Source: Felis catus (lineage: Eukaryota). Taken from it: a DNA stretch of 64,000 bases. The notes under the pieces are model-generated. The model was not told the origin of the DNA. It saw nothing but the letters and a program-made list of their open reading frames with translations, and ran no database searches. A program made the translations under genes and the position numbers. Location of the stretch: NCBI RefSeq assembly GCF_018350175.1, contig NC_058368.1:47988001-48052000 (forward strand). Direction: 5' to 3'. Below, piece after piece: positions 1 through 10,099 of this stretch (positions within the stretch are counted from its first letter, which is position 1; each line of letters opens with the position of its first letter).

Positions 1-169
1 TTACTGCCATTGTACAGATTTGATTTTTTTGCTAGAATTAGAGATTTTATCTCATATTGAATGCGATTCCTAAAGTTAAACTTCTACTATCAAAAAGTCA
101 TTCTGGTATTAGAGTTCTTTCCAGTTCCAGAAATGAGAAAGCATTCCATGAGGGAGAAAGGATTTATAC

Positions 170-386
170 CAGGAGTCAGCAAACTAAGGCAGGAGGACCA
201 AATGGGTCCTACCATCTTGTTTTTATAAATAAAATTTTATTAGCATAGGGCTGCACCCATTTGTGTTTGCCTGTAGCTGCTTTTATGCTATAGGAGCAGT
301 TGAATAGTTGTAACAGAGATTGTGAAGGCAGCAAAGCCTAAAATATGTGTTATCTGGACCTTTTTAGAAAATTTTACTCACTGCTG
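170..386 (+). mobile_element. MER58A-like hAT-Charlie non-autonomous DNA transposon
   Basis: Start CAGGAGTCAGCAAACT, core TTTTATAAATAAAATTTTATT...AGTTGAATAGTTGTAACAGAGA...GCAAAGCCTAAAATAT...TATCTGGACCTTT matches the recalled MER58A consensus. Confidence 0.75.
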
Positions 387-409
387 TCCTATACCAGTCT
401 AATTAAAAG

Positions 410-622
410 CATCATAACCTCAGTGCTATTGATTTTTTGAGGCTGGATCCTCTTTCTTGTGGAGGGCGGGGCAGGCGCTGTCTTGTGCATGATAGGATGT
501 TTAGTTGCATCCCTGGCCTCTTCTATCCACTGGATGCTGGAAGACCCTGAACCCCTCTGCCCCGATAGTGACAATCACAAAGGCCACCAGACATTTCCAA
601 ATGTCCCGATTGAGACCCAGTC
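410..622 (-). mobile_element. MER20-like hAT-Charlie DNA transposon
   Basis: GGATGTTTAGTTGCATCCCTGGCCTCT...CCACTGGATGC...GTGACAATCACAAA...CCAGACATTTCCAAATGTCCC is the reverse complement of the recalled MER20 consensus. Confidence 0.75.
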
Positions 623-1295
623 TTTAGCTAGCTAAAGTCTCTCTTCTTGGCTACAGGAGAGAGGAGTCCATACCTTCTGCATGACTTAAGGATCTCTTCC
701 ACTGTGAAGTTTTTCATTAGAGCATTCTTTCTTTCAAAGAAGAGATCTATTCTATTACACCAGTTTATCTCTCTTTTAGTTTTTCAAAGAGGTAGAATAC
801 TAGTAATTTCTGCCTCTTAATTAAAAATACCTTAAAAAACCTTGTACTTGTTATGAAGTCACCCCTTTCCTCATTATTATATTAGTTCTTCTTTCATCTT
901 TTATTTGAAGCATAGTTAACACACAATGTTATGTTAGTTTCAGGCACACAACACAGTAATTTGACAACTCTGTATGTTATACCCTCATTAATATTATTAC
1001 TATTAAGTGCTATCATCACTTCAAGCCCAAATAAATTAAAAAATTTTGATTTTTCTACTACAGGAAAAGAAGTAGTTATGTAAATCCAAGATATTATTAC
1101 TACTCCTAGTTTTATTATTGGTTTCTTCTCTGATGCAGCTTGACCCCATTGTGTAGAACTGTCTCCATTAAGAAATTTCGTGAATGAGAACGATTTATAA
1201 TGAGTATCCCAGTCAGAGCATCACTCTCTGAGAATGTGAACCTGCTTCCTTTTCTAAACACTTCAGTTAACTGATTTCTACTCTTCTATTTTTTT

Positions 1296-1521
1296 ATTTT
1301 TATTTTTATTTTTTTTTCAACGTTTTTATTTATTTTTGGGGCAGACAGAGACAGAGCATGAACGGGGGAGGGGCAGAGAGAGAGGGAGACACAGAATCGG
1401 AAACAGGCTCCAGGCTCCGAGCCATCAGCCCAGAGCCCGACGCGGGGCCCGAACTCACGGACCGCGAGATCGTGACCTGGCTGAAGTCGGACGCTTAACC
1501 GACTGTACCACCCAGGCGCCC
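1296..1521 (-). mobile_element. Young felid Can-SINE (SINEC_Fc-like), nested in the tail of an older SINE
   Basis: tRNA-derived head GGGGCGCCTGGGTGG on minus, (CT)n region, A-rich tail; CpGs largely intact; TSD CTCTTCTATTTTTTT at 1281-1295 and 1522-1536. Confidence 0.95.
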
Positions 1522-1537
1522 CTCTTCTATTTTTTTT

Positions 1538-1746
1538 AAAAAAATATTTATTTATTTATTTTTGAGACAGAGGGAGAGAAAGAGAGTGGGGGAAGAGTTT
1601 AGAGAGGGGGAGAGAGAGAATCCCAAGCAGGCTCTGCGCTGTCAGCACAGAGCCTGACATGGGGTTCGATCCCACCAACCGTGAGATCTTGACCTGAGCC
1701 TAAATCAAGAGTCGGACACTTAAGCGACTGAGCCACCCAGACACCC
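1538..1746 (-). mobile_element. Older Can-SINE
   Basis: GAGAATCCCAAGCAGGCTCTGCGCTGTCAGCACAGAGCC...GACTGAGCCACCCAGACACCCC; TSD TTCTACTCTTCT at 1276-1287 and 1751-1762. Confidence 0.92.
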
Positions 1747-1799
1747 TTGATTCTACTCTTCTTTAAGTATTGCCTTAAGAATTATAATTATATTAGAAG

Positions 1800-1898
1800 T
1801 ATTTTTTTTTTTAAGATTTTAAGCAATCTTTACACCAAACTTACAACCCTGAGATCAAGAGTTGCAGACTGTACTCACTGAGCCAGCCAGGTGCCCCC
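1800..1898 (-). mobile_element. Short old Can-SINE
   Basis: ACAACCCTGAGATCAAGAGTTG...ACTGAGCCAGCCAGGTGCCCC with T-rich tail; AAGTATTTTT on both flanks. Confidence 0.8.
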
Positions 1899-2250
1899 TA
1901 CAAGTATTTTTCTTTTCCCATCTTCATTTAATAACAAAGCCTTACACATATATATGAAATCCTGAATGTTTCTTCCATCTTTTTGTTAAAAGAGTTGCTT
2001 AAAAGAGAAACGTTCTTTAAGAATTTTCTCTTAGGCTGTCATCTAAAAATAAATCTTTCTCTTCACTTTTAGGTAGATAAACAGGGTTATAACTTTAGCC
2101 ATTTAAATCACATTGTTGAACCTGATGGTCTGTGTACTTTCTGATCGAAGTAGATTTTACCTTTTAATATTTATCTTGAGTGGATATGGGTGAATTGGTT
2201 TTGTGAAAAACTCTTGTAGAAATCAGGCAAGAAATATTTATTTCCTCCAG

Positions 2251-2327
2251 AGTCTAATCTAAGGTCGATGACATTTACACACAGAGAAAATGAAGTTATT
2301 TCATCACTTCAGAATGAACTGAAGTGA
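2251..2327 (+). CDS. Possible terminal coding exon of an unidentified gene, xSNLRSMTFTHRENEVISSLQNELK* (speculative)
   Basis: Acceptor TATTTATTTCCTCCAG at 2235-2250, open frame to TGA at 2325-2327, AATAAA at 2441-2446; protein not recognised and the ORF is short enough to be chance. Confidence 0.25.
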
Positions 2328-3017
2328 TCTATCACTGCAAATATAGTTTTTAAAAAACCGCCACGCACAGATTATTGAGAAAACGTAATTTAGTGGTCAG
2401 AACAAAATTAAATATTTAGAGGAGTGGGAAGTGAGTTAAAAATAAATTCATTTACTCCCATGCTAGAATGACCTGCCGTCATCCCTTCTGACTTTTACCT
2501 GATGAGAGGTAAATATGACCTAAGGTTCAGGAGGTTTGTTCCATACGTGTGACGACTGTGACATTGCCATGGTTCCGAGCAAAATATTGTTTCTTTGGCA
2601 CTGCTCACATTGTCATTACCATTATGCAACCTTAATTTTCATGTAGCTTAAATTATAGAACCATCAGAGTTTAGTCAAGTTACCATAAAACAATCCAATA
2701 GATTGTTTGCCTCTGTATTAATAATTATTTTCAGGGGAGATACGTTCCTTTCTTATTTGGATATAAGAAATAACTTTTAAAGTATCAGGAAAACAACAGA
2801 CATTAACGATGTTTTCTCTAACACGAGTGCCAAAGTGATCAAAATTCCTAACGACATGCAAGTTGGAAACATGTAATGTTTTCTTTATTTTGTCTTCAGT
2901 GATACAAGGTGGTCTCTTTTTTTACTTTTGTTCAACAATCGAATTTCCAGAGCCGGAAAACTGTTACCCTTTCATACTTGGGTTGATAGTCACTCTGACC
3001 TTCTTACACAAAGAGTG

Positions 3018-3128
3018 AAAAAAAAAATCACTCCAAACCCACAAACCAATGTTTTTATTTTGAAGAAAAACCAACTTTTTTTTTTTTTTCCATGAAAGGG
3101 ACAAAAAAAGAAAGAAAGAAAGAAAGAA
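3018..3128. repeat. Low-complexity cluster: poly-A, poly-T, (GAAA)n
   Basis: Directly visible homopolymers and AAAG repeats. Confidence 0.85.
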
Positions 3129-3499
3129 ACCATAGCAAACAAATGTTTTGTGATTCACAATTGCACGCTATTCACAGTTGTGGTGGTTATTATCCAATTA
3201 TATGTGGTTTCTCCTGTATCATCTTGTCTGTGTATTTTACGGGTGTCATTTTGTTTATTTTTGCTCTGATTATTTTAGAATTAGTACAACATATAGTATG
3301 TCTGAGTGCATCAGTTCACTTCAGGCCCAATCTTGTAAATCTCCACACCCATTTTGCATAAAAGCTCCCACAGATCAGATAAATCATGTGTTGACGACCT
3401 GCGTGTGGATATGGTTACTTGAGGAAAGTCCTAACGCTCCTCTTTCCCCATTTTCTTCCAGTCGTTTCATTTATATTCACTCATTCATGTACTCAAAAA

Positions 3500-3670
3500 T
3501 CATTTAGATCCTCATGACATGCCGGAGGTGGTACTTTCACATTTTCTCATTCATTCTTAGGTTGATTCTGTGGTCTCAGCATATTTATTTTCATTTTACA
3601 GATCAGGAAATCAAGGTTTCAGGGTTATCCAAGATTACATAGGTAGTATGCATGGCTCTAGGATTTGTTC
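3500..3670 (-). mobile_element. MIR SINE relic
   Basis: TTTCATTTTACAGATCAGGAAATCAAGG...CCAAGATTACATAGGTAGTA core in reverse orientation. Confidence 0.55.
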
Positions 3671-4124
3671 CTTTTCTGCAAACTGTATTTGCGTGGTTGG
3701 ATTTGTATGTTTATGTGATGAGAAAAAAAGAGTTTAATAAATGGACTGTAGTGTTCCTAACTGAATCACTGTGAGGGGAAAAGATAAGGTGAAATAATTT
3801 ATGTCTCAGAGCAACAGCATAAATTTCTTAATTATTAGGTTGTATATTCAAGAGAATGCAACGATTGCCTGGAAAGTGAAATGTTTGGTCAATCAAAAAA
3901 TGTTTTTCCTGTGTGACATTGCTGTGGTTTTGACTGATCTGAGATGTTTCGGCCCTTTTGGAGTTCATGGCATAGGTTTGCCTATCTCGACCAGTGGGGT
4001 TCTCCCTCCAGCCTACCTTCTTTGTGTCCTTTTTCTGTGCAACAGAGGAAGAGATTAGCAGGTATGTGGCATTTTGCTTAGTTTTAAATAAGTTGTATTG
4101 CATTTCTTAAAATCGTAAAAGCCA

Positions 4125-4721
4125 TTTAATTTTTTGATTGTATAAAACATACATAACATAAAATTTACCACCTCAGCTACTTTTTTAAATGTTTATTTAT
4201 TTTTGAGGCGGTGGGGAAGGGCAGAGAGAGGTGGGGACAGAGGACCTGAGGAGGGCTCTGTGCTGACCGCAGAGAGCCTGATGCAGGGCTTGAACTCACA
4301 AACCGGGAGATCATGACCTGAGCCAAAGTTGGACGCTTAACCGACCGAGCCACCCAGGCACTCCCCACTTCAACCATTTTTAAGTGTGCAACTCAGTGGC
4401 ACTGTTGTGCAACCCTCAACCACTATTCAGTTCCAGAACCTTTTTTCATCTCAGAAACTCTGTATCCATTAAAGAGTAACTTCCCGTTCCTCTCTCTCCC
4501 CAATATCTGACAACCTGTAATCTATTTTCTATCTCTATGAATTTGATTATTATAGGTACCTCATATAAGCAGAGTCATGCATATTTGTCTTTTTTGAGGC
4601 TGGCTTGTTTCACTTAGCATGTTTTCGTGATTCATCCATGTGGCGCGTGTACCAGATTTCTATTACTTTTTAAGGCTGAATAATATTTCATTGTGTATAG
4701 ATGCCATATTTTATTTATTCA
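4125..4721 (-). mobile_element. L1 (L1MB-like) 3' end fragment, interrupted by a Can-SINE and running into the N-run
   Basis: CATAACATAAAATTTACC...CCATTTTTAAGTGTGCAACTCAGTGGCA...GGTACCTCATATAAGCAGAGTCATGCA...TTTCACTTAGCATG...AAGGCTGAATAATATTTCATTGTG, typical L1MB 3' UTR. Confidence 0.85.
4183..4365 (-). mobile_element. Can-SINE inside the L1 fragment
   Basis: AATGTTTATTTATTTTTGAG...GAGATCATGACCTGAGCC...GAGCCACCCAGGCACTCC. Confidence 0.9.
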
Positions 4722-5126
4722 NNNNNNNNNNNNNNNNNNNNNNNNNNNNNNNNNNNNNNNNNNNNNNNNNNNNNNNNNNNNNNNNNNNNNNNNNNNNNNN
4801 NNNNNNNNNNNNNNNNNNNNNNNNNNNNNNNNNNNNNNNNNNNNNNNNNNNNNNNNNNNNNNNNNNNNNNNNNNNNNNNNNNNNNNNNNNNNNNNNNNNN
4901 NNNNNNNNNNNNNNNNNNNNNNNNNNNNNNNNNNNNNNNNNNNNNNNNNNNNNNNNNNNNNATTTCTCCANNNNNNNNNNNNNNNNNNNNNNNNNNNNNN
5001 NNNNNNNNNNNNNNNNNNNNNNNNNNNNNNNNNNNNNNNNNNNNNNNNNNNNNNNNNNNNNNNNNNNNNNNNNNNNNNNNNNNNNNNNNNNNNNNNNNNN
5101 NNNNNNNNNNNNNNNNNNNNNNNNNN
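4722..5126. other. N-runs (240 N and 156 N) separated by a 9-bp island ATTTCTCCA at 4962-4970
   Basis: Directly visible. Confidence 0.98.
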
Positions 5127-5458
5127 ATGAGTGTATCTTTAAATTTTTAATAAAACATTTTCCATGATTATAATTAAAATATGCCTGTAGATTTTTAGAC
5201 TTATTTGTTTTAAATAATGGACTCTCCCAATTTGCATCTTTTATTTCTGAGTATATGCTAAGGGCCTATTGTTGGGAGAATTTTCTGTGGTGGGGGTGGG
5301 GGGAGGATGTCCATGTTTTGAAGCACTAAGCCTGTCCAATAGGATTCCTAATCAAATAGAACTCTGAACCCCCTGAAATTAATTTATACAGTTTATACAA
5401 TCTAATCTTTGTCTGAATATTAGGCATAAACTCTACACACTATTAGAACACATTCTGA

Positions 5459-5677
5459 GGGGGCACCTGGGTGGCTCAGTCGGTTGAGCATCCGACTTCA
5501 GCTCAGGTCATGATCTCACACTCCGTGAGTTCAAGCCCCACATCGGACTCTGTGCTGACAGCTCAGAGCCTGGAGCCTGCTTCAGATTCTGTGTCTCCGC
5601 CTCTCTCTGCCCCTCCCCTGCGCATGCTCTGCCTCTCTCTGTCTCAAAAACAAAACACAACAAAACAAAAACATTAA
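5459..5677 (+). mobile_element. Felid Can-SINE, full length
   Basis: GGGGCACCTGGGTGGCTCAGTCGGTT head, CT-rich body, A-rich tail; 13-bp TSD AGAACACATTCTG at 5445-5457 and 5678-5690. Confidence 0.95.
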
Positions 5678-6447
5678 AGAACACATTCTGGGAATCAAGA
5701 GAGCAGTAGCTTTTGCAGTGTAAAATTCTGGGGTAAACGAAAGACTGTACACTGTTGATTCTTCTAGGTGAACCAGATCTTCCTGATAAAAACAAAGCAG
5801 ATACGGAAGATCCTGAAAACAATTAGCAACAGCCTTTATAATTATGCAAAAACGTAATGAGAAGAATGTCATCCATCACCCAGGGGCAAGCATGAGACCA
5901 GATAAATGCTTAAGGAATTGCTATGCTGTCCCTCAAAACCTCCCACCCCACCACCCATGTAAACTGTGAATGAGGAAAAGAAAACAAGGCTTTGGGTAAA
6001 ATGTCCAAAGAAAACCTAATGAATAACACTTCTTTCTCATTACACCTAGGTTTCTGGAAATTGTGCTAAGAAAAATGTTCTGAGGCCTGACTACAATGAC
6101 ATTGTTTCCATCATGCCATATGTTTTGAGAAAATGGAGTTTTTAGCAAAGATGCTTATGACCTTTTATCTTATTCATCTAAACAGAGTTGAACATGCTTC
6201 TTTAAAAGCATCAAAAAATTGGAATGAAAATAAGTTCTTGTTTGACTTACTTGTAAGAAGATACTAAAGCCAAGACTTGGAGTTCGCTTGAATTCTTAAG
6301 TAGATGGCCACATGTTAATGGATGTTGGGCCAAGGTGGTTTTATTTTGGGAAATTTCTAATCTTTTATGACTTGTTATGGTTCTGAAACTTCTGAAATAC
6401 TGTTTTTGTCACCTTAGCAAGAAATCAACAATTGAGATAGAACTTTA

Positions 6448-6658
6448 TTTATTTATTAAAAACAATTTTTTTAAATGTTTATTTATTTTTGAGAGAGAGA
6501 GAGTGAGTGAGCAGGGGAGGGGCAGAGAAAGAGGGATACAGAATCTGAAGTAGGCTCCAGGCTCCGAGCTGTCACCACAGAGCCTGATGCACGAACCATG
6601 AGATCATGACCTGAGCCGAAGTCAGGTGCTCAACCGACTGAGCCACACAGGTGCCCCT
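6448..6658 (-). mobile_element. Felid Can-SINE
   Basis: Canonical body; 13-bp TSD AGATAGAACTTTA at 6435-6447 and 6661-6673. Confidence 0.95.
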
Positions 6659-6837
6659 AAAGATAGAACTTTAAATTGTAAGATACATATTTGCTTCCTC
6701 CAGTAATTGAAATTTACGTATTGATTTATCAGGACATTGTGCATATACATCATGTAAGTCTTTACTAGGATTTTTTATCATTATCCCAGCTAATGCAGAG
6801 CCTGGCACATGGTAATAGTGCATGTGGGAGGGAGAAA

Positions 6838-7053
6838 CTTTTTTTTTTTTTTAAATTTTTAATGTTTATTCATTTTTGAGAGACAGAGAGTGAGGAGGAG
6901 AGGGGCAGAGAGAGAGAGGAAGACACAGAATCAGAAGCAGGCTCCAGGCTCTGAGCTGTCAGCACAGAGCCTGATGCGGGGCTCGAACTCACAAGCCGTG
7001 AGACCATGACCTGAACTGAAGTCAGACACTTAACTGAGCCACCCAGGTGCCTC
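6838..7053 (-). mobile_element. Felid Can-SINE
   Basis: Poly-T tail, GACACAGAATCAGAAGCAGGCTCCAGGCTCTGAGCTGTCAGCACAGAGCC, head ...CCACCCAGGTGCC. Confidence 0.93.
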
Positions 7054-8834
7054 AAGAAGCTTCTTAATCTAGACCTGGAAGTTTAGGAAGTGAAAACAGT
7101 ATTTTACAGGCTGTAATGATAGGTGGAAGGCAGTATTTGAGGAGCTTCTGGAAATGGGGAGTGATTCCTCAGAGACTAGGCAGGAGGGAGGGCATTAAAA
7201 GGAGCAATTTGTGGGTCAGGATTGGAGTTGATAGCTTCCGCGTGACTCTTAGCTCATGAGTTTTCTTCTGACCCATCCCACTACCCAAGTTTCCTCTAGT
7301 CTGATGTATGTGCTCCTCCCCTTTGCTTATCTGTCATACCTGTATGTTCTCTGTGACAACACTCAGCCTACTGTCCTCTGGATGAAAGTCCTGGCAGAGC
7401 AAAAATAACCTCTTGGAGTAGTGATGTCTCTCTTCCAGAGCACTCCACGACACCACTTCTCAGCTACCACTGCTCAGTGGCTAAAGTGATTGATTTTGAG
7501 GTGGGTAGATATGTTAAATACATCTAAGAATAGATTAGTCATTAGGCACCTGAGATGTTGAAGACTGTGGCTAGCCATAGGCATTTCATCAGACACCCTG
7601 AACCCATTTCCTTTGGTTGGTGTGGAATATTTTTAAAAAGCAGAGCACATCTCTAAAGAGACGGAAAATGGGCAGATAAAAGCTTAGGGAGCCACACGTG
7701 AGAATGCATGTTTTTCAAATTGCAATTTAGTATTTACTTCAGTGACAGGGTTTATTGGTAGGTGGAAGGTTTGATTCTTAAAAAATCTTTGAAAACGTCA
7801 GGCATTTTGAGTTCCCTCTCTATTCGTGTATATATTTTACTTGTATATATATTTGTATACTTGTATGTATATTTGTATGCTTGTATGTATGTGTGTATAT
7901 GTGTACACACACATATATATATTTATAATCAGTCTCCATTCCCCGCCCTCCTGACTTTTTGCTCCCAGCAGGGTCAGGAGCGGGCCGAATTGCTGTGTTT
8001 AATCTTTAAGAGGGGTTCTCTGCCACAGTGCTGCAGCTCCCTCTGTCCCCCCACCTCTCACACAAAGTCTTGGGCTGGTCCTTCTTCTGGAGAAGTGTGT
8101 GTGTTGGTGATGAGGGTGGGAAAGAAGTGCTCTGGCATTGAGATACTTTCTCTAGGGGGGGAAGGAAGGAATTTTTCTTGGATCACTATTGCCTCTATAG
8201 TTTGTTAGCTTGATCATCTGCATTTCTTCATATATAGTTCACTCGTGCTGAAATTTTAATTTGGAATACTTTGCTGTTTTGTACTGTATCTATCAAGGCT
8301 TCCAGACAAGACGCATTTTATTTCCCATGTTCTTGTGCTTGTGTGAATTTCCCAGCTGACCCTCACAGTGGTGAGCCAGGGGCAGTCTCAGCAGAAGGAT
8401 GCTGAATTGGGGACAGCGGGTGTCAAATAACAGTCTTCCCCTTATACTATCACCTTCTAGACCAGGTTACACTAAGAGGAATTTTACCCCATCATAATGA
8501 AGAGTTTTTAGAGAAAGAATATTGTGAAAAACATCATGCTATTTGAACACATAGTGCTTCAAGTATATCCGTGTGGCCATTTTAATCAAACATAGTCAGG
8601 GATACTAGGCATGTGTCACATAGAATATGAGAGACACAGCTAATCAGATCTGACCCATTTCTGTGGTACTTATCATGTGACCATCTGCCAGGTCCAGACC
8701 GCTTTACAAGATGATTCTGATGAAATTGTTAATAAAAATGGCAGACATGTATTGTGTTCACCATATTACACATGATGCTAAAGGATCTACGTGTCTGTGT
8801 CAGGTGGTTGTCCAATACTTTATGCAAGAGGAAC

Positions 8835-8925
8835 TATTATTATCCTCATTTTACAGATAGGGAAACTGAGGTATAGTACAGTTAAGGAGTGTGTCCGTGG
8901 TGAAGCATCTGGTAAGCGGCCCAGA
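8835..8925 (-). mobile_element. MIR SINE core
   Basis: ATTATTATCCTCATTTTACAGATAGGGAAACTGAGG...GTTAAG. Confidence 0.75.
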
Positions 8926-9442
8926 CATGCCCCATATGATACTGTGTCTCCAGGCACAGCTAGGCGGTGGCCTCCTTTATCCCACCTGCCTTCATGCTGT
9001 GTTCACCTTAACCTATGAACTGAGCTAAATGTGGTCTTGTTTATATCAAGCAACCTAGAAACTCTCTTGCCCATGAAGCCCCCATTTCCTCTGAAAGGAA
9101 GGTGAAACGTTTGCCAAAGTGAATGTGTATAAACTTGTAAAATAAGTTCATTAAGTGAAAGGCTCTGTCTTTTTTTTCTTCTTCAATTTTCAATATTTAA
9201 AGCTTATTAGAGTTTTTACAAAAGACTTAATCATGTATTTTTTTTAAATGAATAATATGTTTTTAACCTAATAAAAAGTTAACGAAGCAGCCTCACAATA
9301 CTTTGGAAGGAAATAGAGTTTAAATAGTGACCTATTTTTCCAGCCAAGAGTTGATGTAAACCAAGCTGTCATGTTAACTATTTCCATTAGAATAGAATCA
9401 TGTTAATTACAAATTCATTTTGGCTTAAAAGTATAGTTGTCA

Positions 9443-9566
9443 GGGGCGCCTGGGTGGCTCAGTCAGTTAAGCATCCAGCTCTTGATTTCAGTGCAGGTCC
9501 TGACCTCACAGTTGAGACTGAGTGACACGTAGGGGGATGGAGCCTCATGTCAGGCTCTTCGCTAAG
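9443..9566 (+). mobile_element. 3'-truncated Can-SINE with an internal insertion
   Basis: GGGGCGCCTGGGTGGCTCAGTCAGTTAAGCATCC head; body ends at GGCTCTTCGCTAAG with no CT region or tail. Confidence 0.85.
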
Positions 9567-9603
9567 GAAGGAAAGCGCTCGTGAGTCAGGTGTACAGGAT
9601 ATA

Positions 9604-9903
9604 GTGAAGAGGCAGCCTTTTCCTCACGGCTCTTTGTCATAGATGAATTGACCATACAAACAAGGGTTTATTTCTGGACTCTCTGTTCTGTTCTGTTGAT
9701 CCATGTGTCTTATTTTTGTGCCAACACCATAATCTTTCGATTACTGCCGTTTTGTAGTGTATCTTGAAATTGGGGATTGTGATACCTCCAGCTGAGTTCT
9801 TTCTCAAGATTGCCTTAGCTATTCAGGGTCTTTTGTGGTTCCATACCAATTTTAATATTATTTTGTTCTAGTTCTATGAAAAATGTTGTTGATATTTTAT
9901 AGA
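9604..9903 (-). mobile_element. L1 ORF2 fragment
   Basis: TTTCTGGACTCTCTGTTCTGTT...TTTGTGCCAACACCATA...GTGATACCTCCAGCT...CTTTTGTGGTTCCATAC...TTCTAGTTCTATGAAAAATG, antisense L1 ORF2. Confidence 0.85.
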
Positions 9904-10099
9904 TTTTGCATGCCTTATTTTAAAAATTGTTTTCAAATTCTTAAATGTATTTTTTGTTTCCTTTCGGTTTACTAATTCTTTGAAACTCAGTGTGACATTT
10001 GCTTTATGGTCAAATTACACGGTCAGTTTTTAGAAATACTCCATATGTATTTGAAGATCATGTTTTGCCAAGTTGGTGGACACAAAGATCTTTACAAGT

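Noticed and set aside
1336-1539. SINE-derived ORFs (MAQSV..., MISRFVSSSP...) recurring through the window
   Set aside because: Conceptual translations of Can-SINE consensus, not genes
2930-3030. Possible minus-strand exon (GQSDYQPKYERVTVFRLWKFDC*)
   Set aside because: Splice sites are ambiguous and no protein match is recalled
4640-5167. Longest ORFs in the track (145-175 aa)
   Set aside because: Artefacts of translating through N-runs; the same applies to ORFs at 36.6-36.9 kb and 49.0-49.3 kb
5459-5540. tRNA-like A/B-box sequence considered as a tRNA gene
   Set aside because: It is the tRNA-derived head of a Can-SINE, as in all other copies; no standalone tRNA, rRNA or snRNA gene was recognised
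7762-8208. 148-aa ORF
   Set aside because: Reads through (TA)n/(TG)n low-complexity sequence; not protein-like
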